NCBI GenBank assembly: GCA_965209055.1
Contig: OZ242374.1
Span: 3,424,001 to 3,488,000, forward strand
DNA length: 64,000 bases
From: Acidobacteriota bacterium
GTDB lineage: Bacteria; Acidobacteriota; UBA6911; RPQK01; JAJDTT01
Reading direction: 5' to 3'
A program made the translations under genes and the position numbers. This document shows positions 56,400 to 64,000 of this stretch, piece after piece. The notes under the pieces are model-generated. The model saw nothing but the letters and a program-made list of their open reading frames with translations. It searched no databases and was not told the DNA's origin. Position 1 is the stretch's first letter. Every line of letters starts with the position of its first letter.

Positions 56400-57902
56400 A
56401 TGTTCGGACTGCACTGGCTGGATCTCACCACCCTGCTGGTTTACCTGCTCGGGGTCACCGGAGCGGGTCTCTGGGCGGCCCGGAAGGTCACCAATCTCCA
56501 CGACTACTTCATGGGTTCCCGCCGTTTCGGGAAGGCGTTCATGGTCATGCACGCCTTCGGGACCGGGACCCATACGGATCACGCCGTCACGGTGGCCGGC
56601 GCGTCCTACAGGATGGGAATGGCGGGGATCTGGTACCAGTGGCTCTACCTCTTCGCCACGCCCTTCTACTGGCTGGTGGCCCCCCTACTGAGGCGGATGC
56701 GCTACCTGACCACGGCCGACTACTTCGAAGACCGGTTCAGCCCCGCCCTGGCCATCCTCTACACCATCTACGGCCTGCTCTATCTCTCCCTGCAGATCGG
56801 CCTCATGCTCCTGGGAACCGGAAAGGCGGCCAGCGCCATCTCGGGCGGCGCCGTGAGTCCCGAGTTGGCCATCGGCGTCATGACCATACTGTTCCTCAGC
56901 TACGGCCTGCTGGGAGGCCTGCCGGCAGCCGTGGTCACCGATTTCATCCAGGGATTCTTCATCATCGTCCTCTCCTTCCTCCTGCTCCCTTTCGTGTTGG
57001 ATGCGGTTGGGGGATTCGCCGGATTGCACCAGAAGGTCCCGGCGGAGATGTTCAGCCTGATGGCGCCCGGCGACCCGCCGGAGGGCTACGACCGGGTCAC
57101 CCCCTTCTACATCGTCATGATCGTCATCAACGCCCTGGTGGGAATCGTCGCCCAACCCCATCACATGGAGATCGCCGGAGCGGGGAAGACGGAGCTGGAG
57201 GGCCGGATCGGGTTCACGTTCGGCAACATGCTCAAGCGGATCTGCACGCTGGCCTGGGCTCTCACCGGCGTGGCCTGCATCGCCCTCTATCCTGAACTGG
57301 CCGATTCGGAGCACGCTTTCGGTCTGGCCACCCGCGACCTGCTGCCGGTGGGGCTGGTGGGCGTCATGCTGGCTTCCATGGTGGCGGCCGCCATGTCCAG
57401 TTGCGATTCCTTGATGGTGGACGGGTCGGCTCTCTTCGTGAAGAACGTCTACCAGCGCTACATTCGGCCCGAGGCATCGGTGGGGCACTACCTGAACGTG
57501 GGCCGGCTGGTTGGGGTGGTGGTGGTCATGGGCGGTATCGTGGTCGCCATGTTCGCCACGACGGTGGTGGGAATCCTCAAGTTGACCTGGTCTCTGGTGG
57601 CGTTTTTCGGGATCGCCTTCTGGGGCGGCGTGCTTTGGAGGCGCTGCAACGCGTATGGAGCCTGGGCCGGAATCCTGGGATCGGCCTTTCTCTGGTACCT
57701 TTCCCGCTTCGTCTGGGGCTGGGAGCTGCACCAGCAGTTTCTGATCTACCTGTTGGGCGGGTTCTTCTTCATGATCGTCGTCAGTCTCCTCACGCCGCCG
57801 GAGGACAGGAAACGGCTGGACCGCTTCTACGCCATCCTGCAAACACCGGTGGGAGAGGAGCACCGTCTGGAGGCGATGGGCATCCGGCTGGACAGGAAGT
57901 GA
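56400..57902 (+). CDS. Sodium:solute symporter family protein
   Basis: DYFMG.RRFGK, GIWYQW, YGLLGGL.A...TDFIQG, G.M.AS..AAAMSS.D. Confidence 0.92.
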   Translation: MFGLHWLDLTTLLVYLLGVTGAGLWAARKVTNLHDYFMGSRRFGKAFMVMHAFGTGTHTDHAVTVAGASYRMGMAGIWYQWLYLFATPFYWLVAPLLRRMRYLTTADYFEDRFSPALAILYTIYGLLYLSLQIGLMLLGTGKAASAISGGAVSPELAIGVMTILFLSYGLLGGLPAAVVTDFIQGFFIIVLSFLLLPFVLDAVGGFAGLHQKVPAEMFSLMAPGDPPEGYDRVTPFYIVMIVINALVGIVAQPHHMEIAGAGKTELEGRIGFTFGNMLKRICTLAWALTGVACIALYPELADSEHAFGLATRDLLPVGLVGVMLASMVAAAMSSCDSLMVDGSALFVKNVYQRYIRPEASVGHYLNVGRLVGVVVVMGGIVVAMFATTVVGILKLTWSLVAFFGIAFWGGVLWRRCNAYGAWAGILGSAFLWYLSRFVWGWELHQQFLIYLLGGFFFMIVVSLLTPPEDRKRLDRFYAILQTPVGEEHRLEAMGIRLDRK

Positions 57903-57904
57903 CC

Positions 57905-58024
57905 ATGTGGGATCTGGAAATCAGCAAGCCCTCCAAGCAGACGGTGGTGGGCTTTCTGCTGGCCTGGGCGTGCGTCATCGCCATCATCCTGTTCACCCTG
58001 TACCTGGTCCGAATCGGGGCCTGA
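57905..58024 (+). CDS. 39-aa single-TM peptide downstream of the symporter
   Basis: MWDLEISKPSKQTVVGFLLAWACVIAIILFTLYLVRIGA; fills the gap between the symporter stop and the next ATG. Confidence 0.6.
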   Translation: MWDLEISKPSKQTVVGFLLAWACVIAIILFTLYLVRIGA

Positions 58025-58027
58025 CCC

Positions 58028-59164
58028 ATGGCGGAGCAACTGCGGGAGCGAAAGGCCGTGGCCCGAGAACCCATCATCGATTGCGACGTTCACCACATGA
58101 TCACCGAACCGGAGGAACTCTTCCCCTACCTCCCTCGCGACTACGTGGAGCACATCCAGGACTTCGGCCTGATGATGCCCGGTGGATTCTCCACCGGTTA
58201 CACCAACATGCCGAAGGGGGGCGCCCGGGCCGATGTCTGGGACGGCGACATTCATCCCGCCAACAACATCGACATGGCCCGGAAAAGGCACTTGGACGTA
58301 TATGGAGTCGAGGCGGCCGTCTTGACCGGATCGACGGTCTACGGCGCTGCCGTGCATCCCAACGTGGATTACGCGGCCGCCCTTTGCCGTGCGTTCAACG
58401 ATTGGACCCTGGACACGTGGGTCGCGGCGGACCGCCGTTTTTTCGGTTCCATTTCGGTTTCGGCCGTGGACCCGTACCAGGCGGCCCAGGAGATCCACCG
58501 TTTGGGCAAGCACCCGCGGATGGTCCAGGTGATCATTCCCGCCGGCGCGCGGATGCCCTTCGGAAATCGCTTCTACCATCCCATGTACGAGGCGGCTCAG
58601 GAGTACGGACTGCCCGTCTGCGTCCACTTCGGTTCCGAAGGGACTGGAGTCTCAGGCCCCCCGACCGGGGTCGGATACCCTTCCTATTACCTGGAGATGC
58701 GAATGGCCCGTCCCCAGAACGCCATGGCCCATGTTTCCAGTCTCATCTGCGAAGGGGTCTTCGAGAAATTTCCCAACCTTCGGTTCCTCTTCGTGGAGCA
58801 CGATACGTTCTGGGTTCCGGGGCTCATGTGGCACATGGACGCGGACTGGAAGTCGACTCGGGAGTACACGCCCTGGGTCAAGCGGCCTCCCAGCGAGTAC
58901 ATCCGCCGAAACATCCGTTTCGGGTCGCAACCCATGGAACAGCCTCCCAGCCTGGAGGACCTGAAGATCTTCCTCCGCTGGCTTCACGCCGACGAAATCC
59001 TGGTCTTCGGCAGCGACTATCCGCATTGGGACTGGGACAACCCGGACCGGGTGCTGCGAGGCGTGTCGCCGAAATTGAGACGGCGGGTCTTCTACGACAA
59101 CGCCCGCGAGCTCTACGGCGGCCGCCTTGGCGGCCTGGACTCGGCTTCCAACGGGAGCGGGTAA
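58028..59164 (+). CDS. Amidohydrolase family 2 protein
   Basis: IIDCDVH, CRAFNDW, G...Y.P..EAA...GLP...H, GVFEKFP.L, KRPPSEY, FGSDYPHWD.D. Confidence 0.92.
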   Translation: MAEQLRERKAVAREPIIDCDVHHMITEPEELFPYLPRDYVEHIQDFGLMMPGGFSTGYTNMPKGGARADVWDGDIHPANNIDMARKRHLDVYGVEAAVLTGSTVYGAAVHPNVDYAAALCRAFNDWTLDTWVAADRRFFGSISVSAVDPYQAAQEIHRLGKHPRMVQVIIPAGARMPFGNRFYHPMYEAAQEYGLPVCVHFGSEGTGVSGPPTGVGYPSYYLEMRMARPQNAMAHVSSLICEGVFEKFPNLRFLFVEHDTFWVPGLMWHMDADWKSTREYTPWVKRPPSEYIRRNIRFGSQPMEQPPSLEDLKIFLRWLHADEILVFGSDYPHWDWDNPDRVLRGVSPKLRRRVFYDNARELYGGRLGGLDSASNGSG

Positions 59165-59176
59165 CCGGGAGACGGG

Positions 59177-59530
59177 ATGCGGCGGCACGTGGGAAGGGTC
59201 CAGGATCTGCCACCCGGTTCCAGAAAGATCGTCTCCCTTGGCGGCCGGGCCGGTATCGGCGTCTTCAACGTCAACGGCAAATACCATGCCGTCAAGAACG
59301 TCTGCCCTCACCAGGGGGGGCCGCTGTGCCAGGGACGCCTCCGGCCGCTGGTCCGCTCCAGCGGTCCCTACCACGTCACCTGGGAGCGTGAGGGTGAGAT
59401 CCTCAAGTGCCCCTGGCACAACTGGGAGTTCGACCTGAAGACGGGCCGTGCCCTCTACGATCCCCGGTTGCGGGTGAGGAAGTACCGGGTGACGGTCGAA
59501 GGGGACGACATTTTTCTCCATCTGCGCTGA
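59177..59530 (+). CDS. Rieske [2Fe-2S] ferredoxin-like protein
   Basis: N.CPHQGGPL and CPWHNWEFD..TG. Confidence 0.93.
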   Translation: MRRHVGRVQDLPPGSRKIVSLGGRAGIGVFNVNGKYHAVKNVCPHQGGPLCQGRLRPLVRSSGPYHVTWEREGEILKCPWHNWEFDLKTGRALYDPRLRVRKYRVTVEGDDIFLHLR

Positions 59531-59546
59531 ATGGCGGGGCGCCCGT

Positions 59547-59603
59547 GGGGGGCTTCCGGCCCCCCACACCCCCCGGAATCGTCGGCGGGAAAGCCGCCGC
59601 CCC
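59547..59603. repeat. REP-like palindrome doublet
   Basis: GGGGGGCTTCCGGCCCCCC ... CGGCGGGAAAGCCGCCGCCCC, between convergent genes. Confidence 0.5.
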
Positions 59604-60139
59604 TACTCGCCCAGCTCGTGGCAGAGATGGCAGTCGGTCGAGACCGACGAGGCTTTGTGGCAGTTCATGCACATCTCCATGTTGGCGGAAACCTCCTGGT
59701 TCAGAACCTCGTGGGTTTCCACGGCGCCGTGACAGGCGTTGCAGGGCTGTTGGGCGTTCACGTGGTTGGCGTGACTGAAGAAGACGAAGTCGGGAAGCTG
59801 GTAGACCCGGACCCACTCGGGCTCCTTGCCCTGCCGGTGCAGGACCTTGAGCGCCTCGATTCCCGGATCGTTCTTCCGGACCGTGTCGTGGCAGGTCAGG
59901 CAGACGGCGGTGGCCGGAAAACCGGCTCGCGCCCCCTTGGACGCTCCCGCGTGACAGCCTCCGCAGGTCAGTCCCAGCCGGGAGTGAAGCTTGTGACTGA
60001 ATGGTATCGGCTGGGGCGCCACGACCCGGGGCAGATTCTCCTTCTTTCCCTTGTACTGCGGCACGACTTGGGCGAGGCTCAGAACGCCAAAGCCGGTAAG
60101 AACCGGAAGGAGCAGCCACCCGAGCCGTCCGCTGTCCAT
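59603..60139 (-). CDS. Pentaheme cytochrome c3-family protein
   Basis: PQPIPFSH..H and five CxxCH motifs (CGGCH, CLTCH, CNACH, CMNCH, CHLCH); W.RVY.LPDFVFFSH..H. Confidence 0.9.
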   Translation of the reverse strand: MDSGRLGWLLLPVLTGFGVLSLAQVVPQYKGKKENLPRVVAPQPIPFSHKLHSRLGLTCGGCHAGASKGARAGFPATAVCLTCHDTVRKNDPGIEALKVLHRQGKEPEWVRVYQLPDFVFFSHANHVNAQQPCNACHGAVETHEVLNQEVSANMEMCMNCHKASSVSTDCHLCHELGE

Positions 60140-60342
60140 CGGCAGATGTTACCACCACCCTCCTCGACAACGCTCCGTGCAGGAGTGCCCCTTGTGGGTC
60201 CCCGCTTTATTTTCCGGCAGTTGAACTGCCGGAGAACGCTGGGTAGAGTCAGGACAGGCTCATGCCGGGTTCAGCGCCTCCCTCGTCCTCTTCCGGAACA
60301 CGACGCCGCAGGCCAGGTGTCGCACGCGGCACGGCGCAATCC

Positions 60343-63300
60343 ATGAATCGCATCCAGTTGGCTGTCGCCCGGGCCGGACTTGCCGGATTGCAGGTGGTGC
60401 TTCTGGCGGTGACGGCCTTGGGGAGCGAAACCTCTCCGGGGGGTGCCACCGGCGAAATCTCTTCCGTCCTGCAGAAATGTCAGTTCTGCCACCGCGGGGT
60501 CGGCGCCATGGCCGGCCTGGATCTGTCGAGCCGGGATGGAGCCCTGTTGGGAGGGAGCTCCGGTCCGTCGCTGGAGCCGGGCGAGTCCGGACAAAGCCTC
60601 CTCTATGAGAAGGTCCGATCCGGCGAGATGCCCCCAAGCGATCCCCTGTCGAAAGCCGAGGTGGACCTGGTGCGGCGCTGGATCGATCAGGGCGCCGTCT
60701 GGCCGTCCGGGGACCAGGATGGATCCCAGGCCGGAGCCGCTTCGCCCGAACCGCTCTGGTGGTCTTTGAAGCCGGTGCACCGTCCGGCCGTTCCGGTAGT
60801 GAAGCAGGCGGCCTGGATTCGAAAGCCCGTCGACGCCTTCATCCTGGCGGCTCTGGAGGAACAGGGATTGAAGCCCTCTCCGCCGGCGTCCCGGGAGGCG
60901 CTGATCCGGCGGGCGACCTTGGATCTGCTGGGATTGCCGCCCACGCCCGGGGAGATCGAGGCGTTCGTCTCGGACACGTCGCCCCGGGCCTACGAGAACC
61001 TGGTGAACCGCCTTCTCGCCTCGCCCCACTACGGCGAGCGATGGGGCCGGCATTGGTTGGATCTGGCCCGCTTCGGGGAAAGCCAGGGATTCGAGCGGGA
61101 CAAGATCCGGGATCATGCCTGGCCCTACCGCGACTATGTGATTCGGAGCTTCAATCAGGACAAGCCCTATGCCCGTTTCGTCCTGGAGCAACTGGCCGGA
61201 GACATTCTGGAGCCCCGGTCCCGGGACGGAGTGGCGGCCACCGGTTTCCTGGTCGCGGCTCCGTGGGACGAGGTGGGAAACACTCAGCAGAGCGCCATCA
61301 TGCGAGCCCGGGTCCGGGCCGAGGAGATGGAAGAGATGGTGGGGACGGTGGCCCAGACCTTCCTCGGCATGACGGTCAACTGTGCGCGATGCCACGACCA
61401 CAAGTTCGATCCCATCTCCCAACGGGACTACTATCGATTGAAGGCCTGCCTGGACGGAATCCGGCCCGGCAACCGGCCCTGGATGACGCCGGAGGAGACG
61501 GTCGCCCACGAGGAACGAACCGAGCCTCTCAAGGCTGGAATCCGCAATCTGAAGCGGCGGGTGGCCCAGCTTCAGGACAAGGTCCGGGAGCGGGTTCTGA
61601 GGAAGCGGGGGATCGCTTCGCAGCCGGTCGCCGAACCCATCGCTCGTTGGACCTTCGACCTGAACGGGATCGATTCGGTGGGTGACGGGCATCTGTCCCC
61701 GGAATCGGGACCGTTGGTCGAAGATGGCGAATTCCGGTTCGAGGATGGCGGGATCCGGTTCAAGGACGCCGAGGGCCGATCCGACGCGTTGACCGTCGAC
61801 CTGTCGGAAAAGACCCTTGAGGCATGGGTCCGGGTTTCAAAAGAGAACCGCCAGTTCCACTTCTTCAAAGTCGAGGATACCGATTCGCCGCTGCCCAAGG
61901 GGCGGTACGATGCCATCTACTACCACCACAAGTCCAGCACCTGGCGAAACCTGAGCGAGTTCAAGAACCGCACCGTCAGTCCCGAGCGGTCCAAGGAGAC
62001 GAAGACGGAGACCCCGATTCATATCGCCATTGCCTATGACTCCCGGGGCGGCATCCGAATCTACCGTGAGGGGCTGCTCTATTCGGCCCAGGATCCCAAG
62101 GGAGAGGGCCCCGAGTCCGCGCTTCAATTCTATGCCCGGGGCCGGACCAGGGTCGTCTTCGGCGGGAACAGGACGGGGACGGTGGACGAGGCCCGGCTCT
62201 ATGATCGACCGTTGACCTCCGAGGAGATCGCAGCCTCCTTCCGGGCCGGCATCCAGCGGGTCACTCCCGAGGAGTGGAACGCCGAGGCCAGCTCTCAAGA
62301 GCGCCTCGCCAGAGATGAGCTGCTGGAAGAGGCAGCCCGTCAGGAGCGGCTGCTGGAGGGCGCTCCCCCGGTTCCCCTGGTCTACGCCGTCCGGACGTAC
62401 CGATCCGGTCCTCAGGTGATCATGGATCGGGGGGACCCCGCGACGCCGGGGGATCCGGTCGAGCCCGGAGGGCTCCTCGCCATCTCTTCTCCGGAGCCTG
62501 AATTCGGATTGCCTCCCGATGGGAACGAGGCCCGGCGGCGGCTGCGCCTGGCGCAATGGATCACCGACCCGGACCATCCTCTCACGGCGCGCGTGCTGGT
62601 GAACCGGGTCTGGCACTATCACTTCGGGCGGGGAATCGTCTCGACCCCCAATGACTTCGGATTCAACGGAGGCCGCGCCTCGCACCCCGTGCTCCTGGAC
62701 TGGTTGGCGCAGTCCTTCCTCCGGCACGGCGGCAGCGTGAAACAGTTGCACCGGGAGATCATGCTCTCCAACACCTACCAACAGTCGTCCGCGTTCCGGG
62801 CGGACGCGGCGGAGGCCGACGCTGAAAACCGGTGGCTCTGGCGTTTCTCTCCCCGGCGGCTGGAGGCGGAAGTGATCCGGGACTCGCTCCTCGCCGTCAG
62901 CGGCCGCCTGAATCGTGAGTTCGGCGGCCCAGGATTCCGCCCCTTCGAAGTGAAGTTCTTCAACAGCCACTTCTACAACCTGGTCGACTCTGCCGAACCG
63001 CCGATGCGGAAACGCACCATCTACCGGATCGTGGTCCGATCCGGGCACGATCCCATGTTGGAAGCGTTCGATTGCCCGGACGCCTCCGACAAGGCGCCCC
63101 GCCGCAGCCATACCACGACCCCCATCCAAGCCCTGGCGCTCATGAACAGTCCCTTCGTCCTGCGCCAGGCGGATCATCTGGCGGACCGGCTCCGCCTGGC
63201 TCTACCCGGTGACCGGGCGGGACAGATCGATTTGGCGTATCGGCTGAGCTTGGGGCGAACGCCCGGCCCTGAGGAAACGACCCGTGCCGTGACCCATGCC

Positions 63301-63369
63301 GGCGAGCATGGACTGGAGAGCTTCTGCTGGGCGCTGTTGAACTCGAGCGAATTCCTTTATCTCAACTGA
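60343..63369 (+). CDS. PSD1/planctomycete cytochrome c protein (DUF1549 + LamG-like insert + DUF1553)
   Basis: CQFCH, LIRR.T.DL.GLPPT, YGERWGRHWLD.AR, CARCHDHKFDPI, PLTARV.VNRVW..HFGRG, RRLEAE.IRD, TP.QAL.LMN, WALLNS.EF.Y. Confidence 0.92.
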   Translation: MNRIQLAVARAGLAGLQVVLLAVTALGSETSPGGATGEISSVLQKCQFCHRGVGAMAGLDLSSRDGALLGGSSGPSLEPGESGQSLLYEKVRSGEMPPSDPLSKAEVDLVRRWIDQGAVWPSGDQDGSQAGAASPEPLWWSLKPVHRPAVPVVKQAAWIRKPVDAFILAALEEQGLKPSPPASREALIRRATLDLLGLPPTPGEIEAFVSDTSPRAYENLVNRLLASPHYGERWGRHWLDLARFGESQGFERDKIRDHAWPYRDYVIRSFNQDKPYARFVLEQLAGDILEPRSRDGVAATGFLVAAPWDEVGNTQQSAIMRARVRAEEMEEMVGTVAQTFLGMTVNCARCHDHKFDPISQRDYYRLKACLDGIRPGNRPWMTPEETVAHEERTEPLKAGIRNLKRRVAQLQDKVRERVLRKRGIASQPVAEPIARWTFDLNGIDSVGDGHLSPESGPLVEDGEFRFEDGGIRFKDAEGRSDALTVDLSEKTLEAWVRVSKENRQFHFFKVEDTDSPLPKGRYDAIYYHHKSSTWRNLSEFKNRTVSPERSKETKTETPIHIAIAYDSRGGIRIYREGLLYSAQDPKGEGPESALQFYARGRTRVVFGGNRTGTVDEARLYDRPLTSEEIAASFRAGIQRVTPEEWNAEASSQERLARDELLEEAARQERLLEGAPPVPLVYAVRTYRSGPQVIMDRGDPATPGDPVEPGGLLAISSPEPEFGLPPDGNEARRRLRLAQWITDPDHPLTARVLVNRVWHYHFGRGIVSTPNDFGFNGGRASHPVLLDWLAQSFLRHGGSVKQLHREIMLSNTYQQSSAFRADAAEADAENRWLWRFSPRRLEAEVIRDSLLAVSGRLNREFGGPGFRPFEVKFFNSHFYNLVDSAEPPMRKRTIYRIVVRSGHDPMLEAFDCPDASDKAPRRSHTTTPIQALALMNSPFVLRQADHLADRLRLALPGDRAGQIDLAYRLSLGRTPGPEETTRAVTHAGEHGLESFCWALLNSSEFLYLN

Positions 63370-63383
63370 AGCGGAAGGGTCCC

Positions 63384-64000
63384 ATGGAAAACTCCAACCC
63401 GAAGCCAACATCGCTGCTGCCCAGAAGGCACTTCCTTTGGAATTCGGGCAGCGGTTTGGGCGCCATCGCTTTGGCCTGCCTGCTCCGGGAGGAAACCCGG
63501 GGAAGCGACACCCGGTCCAGGTTCGGGGCTCGTCCCTCCCATTTTCCAGGTCCCGCCAAGAGGATCCTGCACATCTATGCTGCGGGAGGCGCCAGTCACG
63601 TGGACACCTTCGACTACAAGCCCGAGTTGACCCGTTTGGATGGCAAGACCATGGCCGGGAAGCGAAAGGTCGACACCTTCTTCGGGCAACCCGGGACCTT
63701 GATGCAGAGTCCCTTTGAATTTCGGCGAAGGGGCCAGAGTGGGCTCTGGGTGAGCGATCTTCTGCCTCACTTGGCGGAGTGCGCCGACGATCTCTGCATG
63801 ATCCGGTCCATGGTGGCCAAGAGCTCCAATCACACACCGGCCACATTTCAGATGAATTCGGGATTCACCCGCAACGGATACCCCTGTATGGGGTCCTGGG
63901 TCACCTACGGCCTGGGCTCCGAGAACCGGGACCTGCCCGGTTTCATCGTGCTTCCGGACCCCCGGGGTCTTCCCGCCGGAGGGTCCATCAACTGGACCGC
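63384..64000 (+). CDS. DUF1501-domain protein (3'-truncated by window edge)
   Basis: Manual translation from ATG 63384: RRHFLW..G.GLG.IALA.LL, AKR.L...GG.SH.DTFDYKP, G.SG.W.S..LP, GSWVTYGLGSEN..LPGF; canonical partner of PSD1 proteins. Confidence 0.9.
   Translation, partial: MENSNPKPTSLLPRRHFLWNSGSGLGAIALACLLREETRGSDTRSRFGARPSHFPGPAKRILHIYAAGGASHVDTFDYKPELTRLDGKTMAGKRKVDTFFGQPGTLMQSPFEFRRRGQSGLWVSDLLPHLAECADDLCMIRSMVAKSSNHTPATFQMNSGFTRNGYPCMGSWVTYGLGSENRDLPGFIVLPDPRGLPAGGSINWT

Noticed and set aside
1-64000. tRNA, rRNA, transposase, integrase or prophage genes
   Set aside because: None recognised by eye; tRNAscan-SE, Infernal and ISEScan would be needed to exclude small or degenerate ones.

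Overview
GC-rich bacterial chromosomal segment. The gene families point to an Acidobacteriota genome (inference): a GWxTD protein, Oar-like TonB-dependent receptors with an N-terminal carboxypeptidase-regulatory-like domain, CRTAC1/ASPIC-UnbV proteins, PSD1/planctomycete cytochrome c plus DUF1501, and PQQ-like propellers. The window is mostly uptake and catabolism: a sugar-type ABC transporter, a peptide/nickel-type ABC transporter, two Na+:solute symporters, two tandem TBDRs, a frameshifted OprB-like porin, GH127-like and GH109-like enzymes, two paralogous SDR+VOC pairs, an aldolase, a cyclase-family protein, CocE/NonD, a ThrC-like enzyme and RidA. The only clear housekeeping gene is tyrS. 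Small accessory modules are interspersed: (1) a complete vapBC; (2) an orphan vapB directly upstream of a protein with 11 x 22-aa repeats, an HNH-like motif and a hydrophobic tail; (3) an ABC-type ATPase + TOPRIM/DUF4276-like pair, a candidate defence system; (4) a wHTH + membrane-protein pair whose second gene has an internal stop and is missing from the ORF track; (5) a SymR-like sense/antisense promoter-hairpin unit; (6) a dispersed family of GGAG-footed palindromes with co-varying stems. I saw no rRNA, tRNA, CRISPR array or transposase/integrase. All family calls come from motif recognition by eye; no searches were run.
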